This document shows, piece by piece, positions 19,108 to 29,613 of a DNA stretch of 64,000 nt. The notes beneath the pieces are model-generated. The model worked only from the letters and a program-made list of their open reading frames with translations. It was not told where the DNA came from and did no database searches. This stretch comes from Candidatus Multivoradales bacterium. Its GTDB lineage: Bacteria; Acidobacteriota; Thermoanaerobaculia; Multivoradales; JAHEKO01. The stretch's first letter is position 1. Each line of letters begins with the position of its first letter. Made by a program: the position numbers and the translations under genes. The stretch covers positions 96,001 through 160,000 of the forward strand of contig CBDCXM010000008.1 in NCBI GenBank assembly GCA_965223855.1. Direction: 5' to 3'.

Positions 19108-20316
19108 ATGCCGACCCTCCTTTCCTCCCCGATCTCTCCGACCGTCGACCGCGCGGTCGGACTCGATCTCGAGTCGCGGATCCTCGGGGATTGCGGCGAT
19201 CCGGCGGCCGGTCCAACCCTGGTCGCGATCGGTGGGCTGCACGGCAACGAGCCGGCGGGGGTGCTCGCTCTGCGGCGAATCTTCGCCCGCCTGGCAGACG
19301 AGGGGTGCGCGCCGGCGGGTCGACTCCTGGGCCTGGCCGGCAACCGCGAGGCCCTGCGCCAGGGACGGCGTTTCCTCGACGAGGATCTCAACCGGATCTG
19401 GTCCGACGAGCGCCTCGAGAGCGTCCGTAGCAGCCGGGAGGGTCGCGGATCCGAGGACCGGGAGCTGATGGAACTCGACGAGCACCTCGAGAGAGCCCTC
19501 GAAGAGGCCTCGGGGCCGGCGTTCGTGCTCGATCTCCACACGACTTCGGGGCCCGGCCCGGCCTTCTCGGTGCTCCACGACACGCTCATGAACCGTCGAT
19601 TCGCCCGGGCACTGCGAATTCCGATCGCACTCGGTCTCGAAGAGGAGCTCAACGGTACGCTCACCGACCATCTCACCTCCGAGGGTTTCGTTGCTCTGAC
19701 GGTAGAGACCGGGCAGCACCAGGAGCCGGAGTCGGTCGATCGCGCCGAAGCGGCCCTGTGGGTCGTCATGGACGTAGCGGGCTGCCTGCCGGCCGGGTAC
19801 GAACGTGAGGCACGGGAGGCTGCCCGGCGCCTCGCCGAGGAGGGACGAGGCCTTCCGAGGGTGGTCGAAGTGCGGTACCGGGAAGCGATCGGATCGAGCG
19901 CCGACTACTCCACACGGCCCGGGCTGCGCAGCTTCCAGGGGGTCTCGGCCGGCCAGCTGCTCGCCGACAGGAACGGGAGCCCGGTCGCCGCTCCGCTGTC
20001 CGGCCTGCTGCTGATGCCGCTCTATCAGAAGCTCGGCGACGACGGCTTCTTCATTGCGCGACCCGTTCACCGAGCCTGGATGGCGCTGTCCACCGCACTT
20101 CGGAGGCTCCGGCTCGAGCGCTGGCTCGGTCGGCTCCCGGGCATCCGTGCCGTCGATGCCGAGTCGGTCTCGTTCCTGGTCGATCGCCGGGTCGCGCGCT
20201 GGTTGGCCCTCGAGCTGTTCCATCTACTCGGGTTCCGGCGCCGTGAACACTCCTCGACCCACCTGCTGATGGAACGCCGTATCGAGCCGGCCTTCCGAAG
20301 CGGGCGCGGCTCTTGA
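19108..20316 (+). CDS. Succinylglutamate desuccinylase/aspartoacylase family (M14-like)
   Basis: GGLHGNE, DLNR, LDLH, VETGQH; start uncertain (19063-19108). Confidence 0.83.
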   Translation: MPTLLSSPISPTVDRAVGLDLESRILGDCGDPAAGPTLVAIGGLHGNEPAGVLALRRIFARLADEGCAPAGRLLGLAGNREALRQGRRFLDEDLNRIWSDERLESVRSSREGRGSEDRELMELDEHLERALEEASGPAFVLDLHTTSGPGPAFSVLHDTLMNRRFARALRIPIALGLEEELNGTLTDHLTSEGFVALTVETGQHQEPESVDRAEAALWVVMDVAGCLPAGYEREAREAARRLAEEGRGLPRVVEVRYREAIGSSADYSTRPGLRSFQGVSAGQLLADRNGSPVAAPLSGLLLMPLYQKLGDDGFFIARPVHRAWMALSTALRRLRLERWLGRLPGIRAVDAESVSFLVDRRVARWLALELFHLLGFRRREHSSTHLLMERRIEPAFRSGRGS

Positions 20317-21413
20317 GTGCAAGAACCGCAGCCGGCGCCTTCACGCTTCCCCGCGAGTACTACACCGACGGCGACCTGTTCGCCGAAGAGCGCGAACGAC
20401 TCTTCCGCGATCGGTGGATCTACGCAGGGCACGTCTCCGAGTTCGAGGGAGCCGGGGCGTTCCGTCGCTACGACCTCGGTCCCGAAAGCGTTCTCGTCGT
20501 GCGGCAGGAGAACGGCGGCCTCGCGGCCGTCCACAATGTCTGCCGCCATCGCGGCACCCGCCTGTGCGAGAGCGAAGCGGGGACTTTCACCGGCCGGATC
20601 CAGTGTCCCTACCACGCCTGGACCTACCGGCTGAACGGCGATCTCGAAGCGGCTCCCAACATGGCGGAGGTCAGCGGCTTCCGTCGCGAGGACTTCCCCC
20701 TGCAAACGGCCGGGGTCGCCGAATACGAGGGGTTCGTCTTTCTGCGCCTCGGCGGGACCGGTGCCGACGATCCAGCCCTGTCCAAGCTCGACCGGCTCCT
20801 GCAGTGGTCGCCGGCCGCATTGCGGTCAGTGCACAGGACGGTCTACGAGGTGGAGGCCAACTGGAAGCTCTTCTTCCAGAACTACAGCGAGTGCTACCAC
20901 TGTCCCACCGTCCATCCGGTCCTCAATCGGCTGACCCCCTACCGCGACAGCAGCAACGATCTCGAGGAGGGGCCGGTCCTCGGCGGACCGATGAAACTGG
21001 CCCGCGACGGTGGCAGCATGACGATGACCGGCGAACGCTGCGCTCCCCCGCTGCCCGGTGTCGCTGGGGAAGACTGCAACCTCGTCTACTACTACACCGT
21101 CTTCCCCAATCTGTTCGTCAGTCTCCATCCTGACTACGTTCTCGTCCACCGCAGCGAACCGCTCGCAGTCGATCGAACCCGCATCCATTGCGACTGGCTC
21201 TTCCACCCGGAGGCGATCGACGACGAGAGCTTCGACCCCTCCGGTGCGATCGAATTCTGGGACATGACCAATCGCCAGGACTGGCACCTGTGCACGCTCT
21301 CGCAGCAGGGCATCTCTTCTTCGGCCTACGTGCCCGGGCCCTACGCCGAGCTGGAGAGCCAGCTCGCCGCCTTCGACCGCTACTATCTGACCGAGTTCGA
21401 GCCGAGCGGCTGA
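20313..21413 (+). CDS. Rieske aromatic-ring-hydroxylating oxygenase alpha subunit (GbcA/choline monooxygenase-like)
   Basis: NVCRHRG...CPYHAW Rieske motif; ECYHCPTVHP mononuclear Fe site. Confidence 0.9.
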   Translation: MSARTAAGAFTLPREYYTDGDLFAEERERLFRDRWIYAGHVSEFEGAGAFRRYDLGPESVLVVRQENGGLAAVHNVCRHRGTRLCESEAGTFTGRIQCPYHAWTYRLNGDLEAAPNMAEVSGFRREDFPLQTAGVAEYEGFVFLRLGGTGADDPALSKLDRLLQWSPAALRSVHRTVYEVEANWKLFFQNYSECYHCPTVHPVLNRLTPYRDSSNDLEEGPVLGGPMKLARDGGSMTMTGERCAPPLPGVAGEDCNLVYYYTVFPNLFVSLHPDYVLVHRSEPLAVDRTRIHCDWLFHPEAIDDESFDPSGAIEFWDMTNRQDWHLCTLSQQGISSSAYVPGPYAELESQLAAFDRYYLTEFEPSG

Positions 21414-23185
21414 ACGAACAGGTCGCCCGCCCACAGAAAGGCGAGGCCCGCCACCAGCAGGAGCCAGCCGATCCAGGGCGACAGAGGCCGGCGGACGACG
21501 ACGGGTTCGGCAACCTCGTCCGGACCGCTCGCTCGCGTCGCGTCGAGCAGGGTTCGCAGGGCCAGTGCATCGGTCGCGCGGCTCCTGACGACGGCGATCG
21601 ACGCTTCGTCCTCGACGGCGCGGAAGGCGATCGACGCCGCGCCGCTCTCCACCCGATGCCAGCCCTCTTCCAGCGGCGCCCAGGTGACCGACCAGCGGCG
21701 GCCGTCGAGGCGGTCGCGCCGCGGTGCGAGATCGATCGTGCCGGAAGGCGTCTCGAGTCTCATCGTCGGTTCCGGCGCCAGCAACCCGATTTCGATCGGC
21801 GCACCCACCGGCAGCGGACCGCGTGGCAGGTCGATCGATCGCTCGGGGCGTCGCGCCAGCGAGGTCACGAGGTGGCTCCAGAACCCGGCGAAAGCCGTCG
21901 CCTCTCCGCGGAGCAGCCAACGATAGGTCGCCGGAACGAGCGAGACCGCCGCTCGACCGTTGCCGACCGGCAGCGCGCCGGCCCAGGCGCTGCCGGCCGC
22001 GTCCTCGATCAGCGGGCGCACTGCGGCCGTGGGCTCCAGCACCCGAGCCGGAACTTCCAGAGCGGGCAGCTCGCCGGAGCCGGGAACCAGGAACTCTCGC
22101 TCCACTCGCTCGAGATCAGCAAGAGGCTCGGTGGCGAAGCGTGCCGCCAGCTCGTCGAGGCCACTGCCTTCGTGATCTCCCAGCAGGAGCAGTCCGGTGC
22201 CGGCGGCGAGCGCTTCCTTGATTCGTGCAGACTCCCCGCGGCGGAGCGGTGACCCGGAGTAAGCCTCGACGACGACAAGGTCGGCCGATCCGAGAGCCGA
22301 GGCGACCGCCTGCTCGGAAGCCTCTGCAGGGCCGTTCCAGCTTCCATATCGGTAGCGCCCGTCGCTCACCCGCAGCCGCTCCACCCAGCCTCCTCCGGCT
22401 TCGATCCACCAGTTGCGGACGTGCCGCGCCTCGAACCCGGGAGCGTCCGCCAACCAGAGGACTGAGGGTACGTCCGGATCGACGACCTCGACATCCACCG
22501 GGAGACGAGCGGAGGCCGGGCTGTTCGGGTCGTCGATCGCCATCCAGTAGCGATGGCGTCCCGACAGCCGCGGCGACGCCTCGAGGACGAATCTTCCCTC
22601 GGGGGCCGCATCGCAGACTTCCGATCCTCCCGGCGCGAGCAGGCACACACGATCGAAGCCATCGGGGGCGATTCCGGACACCCTGAGCGGCGCCCCGAGA
22701 ACGACTCTTCTGGGCCAGTCGACCTCCTCCCACCCGGCGCGTCGTTTCGATGGCGAGGTCTCGGCGACGACTCTCCCCGGCAGAGCCGCGAGATCCGAGC
22801 CGGGAAGACCGGCCCCTACGACTCGCCACTCCCGAACCTCGGGGTGTCGGGCCGCAACCGCTCGCGCCGTCGGTGCCGGATCGCCCTCGACGTCGGGAGC
22901 ACCGGGCAGACGGTAGACGCGCCGCTGCTCCATTGCCTCCGGCAGACTCTGCACGTCGGCGCCCGCCGTGACCAGGACGGCCGAGCTCGAAGACAGAGTG
23001 AGATCTCGATGAGGTGGGGCTCCCAGCAACCACAGCCCGAGGCTCGTGATCCCGACCGCGGGAACGAAGCGCCACCGGAAGACCCCGTCCCCGCGAACCC
23101 ACGGCAGCGCGACCGCGAGGGCGAAGAAGGCCAACGAGCCGAGGACGACGGTCCATTCCCACGCCGGGGAGGCCGTGGCGCTCAC
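21383..23185 (-). CDS. Membrane-anchored hypothetical protein, last gene of the tldD operon
   Basis: GTG 23185 overlaps the upstream stop (GTGA); N- and C-terminal TMs; TYRWLLRGEATAFAGFWS. Confidence 0.7.
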   Translation of the reverse strand: MSATASPAWEWTVVLGSLAFFALAVALPWVRGDGVFRWRFVPAVGITSLGLWLLGAPPHRDLTLSSSSAVLVTAGADVQSLPEAMEQRRVYRLPGAPDVEGDPAPTARAVAARHPEVREWRVVGAGLPGSDLAALPGRVVAETSPSKRRAGWEEVDWPRRVVLGAPLRVSGIAPDGFDRVCLLAPGGSEVCDAAPEGRFVLEASPRLSGRHRYWMAIDDPNSPASARLPVDVEVVDPDVPSVLWLADAPGFEARHVRNWWIEAGGGWVERLRVSDGRYRYGSWNGPAEASEQAVASALGSADLVVVEAYSGSPLRRGESARIKEALAAGTGLLLLGDHEGSGLDELAARFATEPLADLERVEREFLVPGSGELPALEVPARVLEPTAAVRPLIEDAAGSAWAGALPVGNGRAAVSLVPATYRWLLRGEATAFAGFWSHLVTSLARRPERSIDLPRGPLPVGAPIEIGLLAPEPTMRLETPSGTIDLAPRRDRLDGRRWSVTWAPLEEGWHRVESGAASIAFRAVEDEASIAVVRSRATDALALRTLLDATRASGPDEVAEPVVVRRPLSPWIGWLLLVAGLAFLWAGDLFVQPLGSNSVR

Positions 23186-25518
23186 TGCCGGTCCCCTCCG
23201 AGCTCCGTCGACCCGAGTTCGTCCGACCCTGGCTCGTCCGACCCTGGCTTGTCCGACAAGGGCGCGCCCAGCCCGCCACGCGCCCGACGATCGATCGACG
23301 GCACACGCGACGGTTGCGGCATCTGCCCCCACAGGGCCCGCCGTGCGGATTCGAGGTGCTCCGGAGCGACCGCGACGCCGGTGGACAGCCCGTCGAGCAC
23401 TTGCCGCAAGGCCACGAGCCCGGCGAGATCGACGCCGGCATCTTCGCGAGCACGGGCGGCCAGGGCTCGAGCTGCCGCTTCGCCACTCGTCTGCAGGCCG
23501 GCCGGTGCCTCCCCGCTGTCGAGCCAGGCGCCGAGATCGCGGAACGCCTGCGCCAGCTCAACTCCCGAGGGATCCGAGGACGAGCTGCCGGTCCGACGCG
23601 CCGTCCGGATCTCATCGAGCTCTCCCGTAAGCCGTCGCTCGCGGGGGAAGAGCTCAGGGGGTTCGAAGCCGATCTTCTGCACGTAGAGACGCGAGCGCTG
23701 CTGCACGTCCTTGAGCAGGCTGAGAGCGCGATACTCATAGGGCAGCGCGCGGCGCGGCTCGACCCCTCGCAGGCTCCCCTCGGCTCCCCACATCTCCGCC
23801 AGCGCAGCCTTCAGCTGATCCTTGATCTCCGAGTCGAAGAAGGTCGCGATCTCGGCCGAGTCGTGCTCGTGCACGAGGCCCGGGGCCAGCTGCTCGAGCG
23901 CTTCCTCCGTCTCGCCGGCGACCCCTCCCTCCATCTCGTCGAGTCGCATCAGCTCTCCCTCGTGCTCGCCGTGCTCCTCGGCCTCTCCTCCCTCTCCGGC
24001 GGGAGCGCCCGAGACGAACTCTTCGCCGAGCAGCCCGCCGTAGCGCAGCCGCAAGGCGCGCTGATCGAAGCCGAGGCTCTCGGAACGACGCCGGAACTCC
24101 TCGGCGGTGAGCTTCCCCTCCTGCTCGAGCAGCCGTTCGGTATCGAGGATGATCTGCCTCTGACTGCGGAAGAACTCGGGAACACGCAAGACCGGCAGGC
24201 GGGCCGACAGGCCGACGCTCTGCGGGCCGCCGCCCGGCACCCGGACGATGTGGGTCGCCGAACGGACCCGATTCGGCTCGGGCTCACGACGGTCGAACGC
24301 TTCCACGTAGACGAAGAGATCGACGCCCGGAGCGACTCCGAGCGCCTCGAGATCGAGCACCCGGGTGAGACGCTCGACTCGCCTACCGGTAGTCTCCCCG
24401 GTTTCGACGGCCAGCCGGCGGTCGAAGTCGATTCTGCGTTCGCGAAACTCCACGAGCTCGCCGTAGCCGCTGGCGACCGTCGCCACGAGCTCGACCGCTC
24501 CCGCGCCATAGTCGTCGCTGACCTCGACGCGGAAGGTCAACGGGCCGAGTTCGTCGGCCGCCAGCTCCAGGTAGGGAGCGGGCTCGAGCACGACGATCCC
24601 GGGCGGCCGGTCCCGCTCGACTTCCAGCCGTTCCAGCGGCCCGGAGACTGTCTCGTCGCCTCGATGCAGCTCGAGGCGCACCAGCCGCGATTGCCGCACG
24701 ACCTCTTCCGCGACGAGACGCCCCCGGTCCTCGGGCGACGCGGCCGGCGGCGCCAAACGACGTCGATCGACCTCATCGAACAGCAGGGTCGCTTCGTCCG
24801 GTTCGCCCTCCGCCTCCACCTGCCATGACAGACGGCTCCCTTCGGGAACGACCGCCACGAGACCCTCCGCGGTCCATGGTGCAACTCGCGTGTAGGCGGG
24901 TGGCTCGACCTTCACGCTCGCCGACCTCACGCCGAGCGACTCCCGGGACGAGACCGCGACCGGATCGATCGGCGATTCGACTGCCGATCCCGCGCGCGGC
25001 CGTGCCCCGAACCATCCGACCGCGAAGGCGGCCAGCAGGGCTCCCGCGACCCAGCGAGTCGTCGCCGCCAGGCCCGACTGGGGCGGCGCGGCGCGACCGG
25101 GACTGTCGCCATGCTCGAGCTGCTGCTGCAGCCGGCGCTCGACTCGCCGGCGCTGAAGTCGTGCCAGAGGAGGCAGCTCACCCTCGTCCACCAGCAGCAG
25201 CTCAGAGCTGAACTCGTGCGCCTCACGATGACGATCGAGGGCCAGTGCGATCTGTCGCGGATCGGGACGTCGGAGCGCATGCCGCAACCACCGGTAGACC
25301 AGCAGCCCCCAGGCCACCAGCGGAACCACTGCCCAGAACCAGGCCATCCCGCGACGGTCGAGCGCGAGCGCCGCCATCACGGAGGGAAGGCACCACGCCG
25401 CGGCCCTGACCGATACGGAGGCGAGCCGACGGAACCGCCAGCGACGCTCGGTGGATGCCAAGGCGGCCCTTCCGGGCGACTCGACGGCCGTGGCTCCCGG
25501 TGCGATGTCAGACGTCAT
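23182..25518 (-). CDS. DUF4175-like membrane protein
   Basis: N-terminal TMs, VEPPAYT, SDDYG, PEFFRSQRQIILDTE, ALPYEYRAL. Confidence 0.75.
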   Translation of the reverse strand: MTSDIAPGATAVESPGRAALASTERRWRFRRLASVSVRAAAWCLPSVMAALALDRRGMAWFWAVVPLVAWGLLVYRWLRHALRRPDPRQIALALDRHREAHEFSSELLLVDEGELPPLARLQRRRVERRLQQQLEHGDSPGRAAPPQSGLAATTRWVAGALLAAFAVGWFGARPRAGSAVESPIDPVAVSSRESLGVRSASVKVEPPAYTRVAPWTAEGLVAVVPEGSRLSWQVEAEGEPDEATLLFDEVDRRRLAPPAASPEDRGRLVAEEVVRQSRLVRLELHRGDETVSGPLERLEVERDRPPGIVVLEPAPYLELAADELGPLTFRVEVSDDYGAGAVELVATVASGYGELVEFRERRIDFDRRLAVETGETTGRRVERLTRVLDLEALGVAPGVDLFVYVEAFDRREPEPNRVRSATHIVRVPGGGPQSVGLSARLPVLRVPEFFRSQRQIILDTERLLEQEGKLTAEEFRRRSESLGFDQRALRLRYGGLLGEEFVSGAPAGEGGEAEEHGEHEGELMRLDEMEGGVAGETEEALEQLAPGLVHEHDSAEIATFFDSEIKDQLKAALAEMWGAEGSLRGVEPRRALPYEYRALSLLKDVQQRSRLYVQKIGFEPPELFPRERRLTGELDEIRTARRTGSSSSDPSGVELAQAFRDLGAWLDSGEAPAGLQTSGEAAARALAARAREDAGVDLAGLVALRQVLDGLSTGVAVAPEHLESARRALWGQMPQPSRVPSIDRRARGGLGAPLSDKPGSDEPGSDELGSTELGGDRQ
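23197..23257. repeat. Short 15-bp tandem repeat in the DUF4175-like C-terminus
   Basis: TCGTCCGACCCTGGC-like units encoding SDKPG-SDEPG-SDELG-STELG. Confidence 0.6.
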
Positions 25519-26986
25519 CTCCGCCTCCCGTCGCCCAGACGCGTTCGATCATGAGCCCGAGCCACAGCAACAGCCACCATGCCCGCGGCCAGCGCTCGGC
25601 CGGAGCGAACGGGTCGGAGGCTTCGAGCGAGAGCGGGCGGCCCAGCCCGGACACGCGTCGCCGATCCGACCCGGCCTGCTCCGAGCTCGCCACCGGTCTG
25701 AGACCGATCAGCAGCTCGGCCAGCCAGGCCGTCAGGGCGTCGCCTTCCGACCACTCGCTCCAGGCCGGATGGAATCGGGAGGCGAGCCGATACCAGCGCC
25801 CGTCGCCCGCTCGCGCCAACGTCAGGAGCGGATCCGCGGTGCCGACCTCGATCCGCAGGGCACCCTCGACGGTCTCGACCGGGCCGATACGACGGAAGCG
25901 GGCACCGAAGAACGGTGCGGAGTCCGCGCTGCAGTCGCAGCGCTCGTGACGCTCGAGAACATCGCTCACCAGCACCGAGCCCCGCGGTCGTTCCAGCCAG
26001 CCGTCGGGGACCGGCTCCGGTGAGAGCCAGAAGGCGAGACCGCTCCTCTCCTCGACGGAGCCGTCCGCTTCGACGAACTCCAGCTCGAGGCCCGCTACCT
26101 CTGCTGCCGTCTCCAGGCGGCGGCGCACGAGCCGCCCATCGTCCTCGCGCCCTTCACCCGTGTGGAGGGCGACGGACACAGCCGGGTACTCGGGGGGAAC
26201 AAGTCGATCGTCGTCCGCCGCTGCGTCCGACCCCGCGATCGGAAGCGCGCGGAGCTCGCCGTCCGCTGCTCTCTCGAAAGCCGCCTCGTCCCGTGAAAAG
26301 TCGACCCGGCTCGGACCGGATTCGGCAACCCAGACGCCGTCCGGCCGGTCGCTCACCGCCTCGAGCCATCGGTTCTCGCGGCGATCGATCACCGACTTCC
26401 AGTCCAGATCCCGGGCGATGCGGGGGCGTCGTCCACGGAAGCGAGTCGAGCGGTCGAGGGTGACGGCGACCAGGGAGGCACCGGCCGGAGCCTCCAGATC
26501 GGTGAGCTCGAGCAGCGCCCAGAGGTCCGGCTCCCGCGAGCCCCGGGGAACGGCCTCCTCCGCCGTCAGTTCGCGCATCGATGCGAGGCCGGGGGACCAC
26601 CAGCGCGCCTCGGCCCCGGTAGCGAGCAGGCGATCCAAGTCGGCGTAGAGATCTGGCTGGGTCGGCTCCAGAGCCTCGCGGGCGGCCATGACTTCCGGCT
26701 CCACCAGCAGCCAGGCCGGGGGCTCCTCGCCCGCACCGAAGCCGAGACGTGGCTCAGCCAGACCTATCGCGAGCAGTGAAAGCAGCAGGCAGCGCATCGC
26801 AAGCAGGGCCCATCTTCTGAGCTGCAGTCGGCGCCAGCGGCTCGTCTCCTTCCCGGTCAGGAGTCGAACGCTGGCGAAGGGTACGCGGCGAGGCTCACCG
26901 CGGCTCAGCCAGTGGAGCGCGATGGGGACGGCGAGACTCAGCAGTCCCCACAGCCAGGCCGGCTGGGCGAACCCACCCCAGGTCAC
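25508..26986 (-). CDS. BatA-domain membrane protein
   Basis: GTG 26986 overlaps the DUF58 stop; FAQPAWLWGLLSLAVPIALHWL...FASVRLL N-terminal BatA motif; C-terminal WLLLWLGLMIER. Confidence 0.8.
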   Translation of the reverse strand: MTWGGFAQPAWLWGLLSLAVPIALHWLSRGEPRRVPFASVRLLTGKETSRWRRLQLRRWALLAMRCLLLSLLAIGLAEPRLGFGAGEEPPAWLLVEPEVMAAREALEPTQPDLYADLDRLLATGAEARWWSPGLASMRELTAEEAVPRGSREPDLWALLELTDLEAPAGASLVAVTLDRSTRFRGRRPRIARDLDWKSVIDRRENRWLEAVSDRPDGVWVAESGPSRVDFSRDEAAFERAADGELRALPIAGSDAAADDDRLVPPEYPAVSVALHTGEGREDDGRLVRRRLETAAEVAGLELEFVEADGSVEERSGLAFWLSPEPVPDGWLERPRGSVLVSDVLERHERCDCSADSAPFFGARFRRIGPVETVEGALRIEVGTADPLLTLARAGDGRWYRLASRFHPAWSEWSEGDALTAWLAELLIGLRPVASSEQAGSDRRRVSGLGRPLSLEASDPFAPAERWPRAWWLLLWLGLMIERVWATGGGDDV

Positions 26987-27900
26987 GGCAGCATCCTGCG
27001 TCGCAACAACAGTGCCCGCAATACCGGCTCGAACGGCTCGTCGGTCACCACTCTCTGATAGTGGACACCGAGCCCGGTCAGTCGACGCTCCCTGGAGGAG
27101 AGGTCGGCCTCGAGCCGGCGGAGGTACTCGGGGCGCAACGCCTCCGCCCGACCGTGCACGACCTCTCCGCTCTCGAGGTCCTCGAGCGCGAGGTCGCCGG
27201 TGTAGTCGAACTCGAGCTCGTCCCGCGCCATCAGGTGAAAGACGATCACCTCCTGTCCCATCGCCCGCAGCGCCCGCAGAGCGGTCGCCATCCCTCCCGC
27301 CTCTTCGGACGCATCCACCTCGTGAAGGTCGCCGACGAAGACCACCAGCTCGCGCTCCCTCGGGTTGCCGACGCGGGGACCGAGGTGGTCCCAACCGGGC
27401 CAGATACCCGCCGGTTCGACGGTCTCCAGTCGGTGCAGCACCCGCCCCAGCGATCGCCGGCCGTGCTGAGGAGGAAGGTCCTCGCTGTCCCCGTCGCGCA
27501 CGGTGTGCAGCGAGATCCGGTCCCCCTGCCGATCGGCGAGGTAGGCGATCGCCGCTGCCAGGATTCGCGCGACGTCGAACTTCGCGAGACCGTCGTGCTC
27601 GTGAGCCATCGAGCCGGTGGCATCGACGATCAACCGCAATGTGAGCTCACGCTCGACCTCCGCCTCCCTGACGAGATAGCGGTCTGAGCGGCCATAGACC
27701 CGCCAGTCGATGGTGCGTGGATCGTCGCCCGGCTCGTAGCTTCGATACTGGCTGAACTCGATCCCGGCACCGGCACGACGGTCGAGATGCTCGCCGGCAA
27801 GGAACCCCTCCACCACCAGTCTCGAAGCGAGCTCGAGATCGTCGAGGGCCGCGAGAGTGGCCGGAGCGAGCAGGCGGGAGCGAGCGGCGGTCGCGCTCAT
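26983..27900 (-). CDS. DUF58 (vWA-like) protein
   Basis: GIEFSQYRSYEPGDDPRTIDWRVYGRSDR, DATGSM. Confidence 0.9.
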   Translation of the reverse strand: MSATAARSRLLAPATLAALDDLELASRLVVEGFLAGEHLDRRAGAGIEFSQYRSYEPGDDPRTIDWRVYGRSDRYLVREAEVERELTLRLIVDATGSMAHEHDGLAKFDVARILAAAIAYLADRQGDRISLHTVRDGDSEDLPPQHGRRSLGRVLHRLETVEPAGIWPGWDHLGPRVGNPRERELVVFVGDLHEVDASEEAGGMATALRALRAMGQEVIVFHLMARDELEFDYTGDLALEDLESGEVVHGRAEALRPEYLRRLEADLSSRERRLTGLGVHYQRVVTDEPFEPVLRALLLRRRMLP

Positions 27901-27907
27901 CTCGGTC

Positions 27908-28933
27908 TCAGGGCTTCGGAGGCGGGAGGGCCGTCAGCAGCTCACGGGTCACGGCGTCTGCATCGACCCCTTCCGCCTGCCCCTGGAAGTTGATCAGGAC
28001 GCGGTGGCGAAGCACTGGTGCGACCAGAGCTTCGAGGTCGCCCGGCTGAACGGCGAACCTGCCCTCGAGCAGCGCCTTCGCCTTCGCGGTCAGGAGCAGA
28101 GACTGCCCGGCTCGCGGCCCCGCCCCCCAGCCGACACAGCGCTCGACGACCGGTATCGCCCCGTCCTCGGCACCCGGCCGCGTCGATCGAACGAGCCGGG
28201 ACACCCATTCGACGAGAGCCGTCGAGACGTGCACCTGCCGCACCAGCCCCTGCATCTCGACCACCTCCTCGGCCGACATCACCCGCTCGACCTCGACCTC
28301 CCGGTCGCCGGTCGTACGACCGAGGATCTGGATCTCTTCCTCGAGCGTCGGGTAGTCGACCTTCACCCGCAGGAGGAACCGGTCGAGCTGCGCCTCGGGC
28401 AGCGGATAGGTCCCCGTCTGTTCGATCGGGTTCTGGGTCGCGAGCACGAAGAAGGGGCGGTCGAGCAGATAGGTCTCGCCACCGTAGGTGACCTCCCGCT
28501 CCTGCATCGCCTCGAGGAGCGCCGCCTGGGTCTTGGGTGGGCTGCGGTTGATCTCGTCCGCGAGCACGAGATTGGCGAAGATCGGGCCGCGAGCGAACCG
28601 CAGCGAACGACGGCCTGTCCCCTGTTCCTCCTCCAGCAGCTCGGTGCCGACGATGTCGCTGGGCATCAGATCGGGAGTGAACTGAATGCGCTTGAACGAG
28701 AGCTCCAGCGCCTGCCCTACCGTGCGGATCATCAGCGTCTTGGCGAGGCCCGGCACCCCTTCCAGCAGGCAATGCCCGCCGGCGAACAGCGAGATGAGCA
28801 ACTCCTCCACAACCTCGTGCTGACCGACGACGACCCGGCCGATCTCCGAGCGCAGGGTCGCCGCCCGGTCGAGCAGTCGCTCGATGTCGCGTTCGTTCAG
28901 TTCTCCGATGCCCGTGCGCCCTTCGGTCGTCAT
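27908..28933 (-). CDS. moxR: MoxR-family AAA+ ATPase
   Basis: [46 protein letters not shown]. Confidence 0.93.
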   Translation of the reverse strand: MTTEGRTGIGELNERDIERLLDRAATLRSEIGRVVVGQHEVVEELLISLFAGGHCLLEGVPGLAKTLMIRTVGQALELSFKRIQFTPDLMPSDIVGTELLEEEQGTGRRSLRFARGPIFANLVLADEINRSPPKTQAALLEAMQEREVTYGGETYLLDRPFFVLATQNPIEQTGTYPLPEAQLDRFLLRVKVDYPTLEEEIQILGRTTGDREVEVERVMSAEEVVEMQGLVRQVHVSTALVEWVSRLVRSTRPGAEDGAIPVVERCVGWGAGPRAGQSLLLTAKAKALLEGRFAVQPGDLEALVAPVLRHRVLINFQGQAEGVDADAVTRELLTALPPPKP

Positions 28934-28949
28934 CGCCCGATCCTTCCGC

Positions 28950-29561
28950 CTACGCCGTCATGGCGTAGACCACGATATTGACCCCGAAGCGGGTGTTGTC
29001 GCGAGCGAGCCAGCGTTTGTTCCGGTAGTCGTAGTCCCACTCGCAGCCGTAGTCCTTGTTGCTGTAGAGGACGCCGATCCGTCCGTCGACCTCGATCGCC
29101 TTCAGGTAGTCGTGAACCAGGTCGTCGCCCCAGCCGTTGAGCTCGAAGGAGGTCGTCGGCGGCTCGTCGAAGTCGAAGAACGAGCTGTAGAGCTCGTGGT
29201 CGTTGGGAATCTTGCCGAGCGCTCCGGGACCGAAAATCTCCTCCATCTCGGCCTCGAACGAGCGGGCGAAAAGCCCGTCGATGTCGTGATTGCAGTCGTC
29301 GACGAACAGGAAGCCGCCGTTCGTGACGTAACGCTCGAGGTTGCGCCTGCCCCGGGCGTCGAACTCGACCAGCTTGTGACCCGCCAGGTACGTGAACGGC
29401 GCCTCGAGCATCGCCTCGTCGCGCACCGAGAGGATGCGCTCCTCGGTCTCGACCGGAATCGTCGTGTACTCGATGATCGAGTTCAGCAGATTCGACGGCA
29501 TCCGCTGATCGACGTCCCAGTCGCCCGAGTCGTACTGCAGGCGGGTGAAGACGAAGCTCAT
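28950..29561 (-). CDS. DUF4159 domain protein
   Basis: [42 protein letters not shown]. Confidence 0.85.
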   Translation of the reverse strand: MSFVFTRLQYDSGDWDVDQRMPSNLLNSIIEYTTIPVETEERILSVRDEAMLEAPFTYLAGHKLVEFDARGRRNLERYVTNGGFLFVDDCNHDIDGLFARSFEAEMEEIFGPGALGKIPNDHELYSSFFDFDEPPTTSFELNGWGDDLVHDYLKAIEVDGRIGVLYSNKDYGCEWDYDYRNKRWLARDNTRFGVNIVVYAMTA

Positions 29562-29613
29562 GGCAGGGGGTTCGAAGCGGCCCGCCCGCTCGGGCGGGCC
29601 GTCCCCGGAACAG

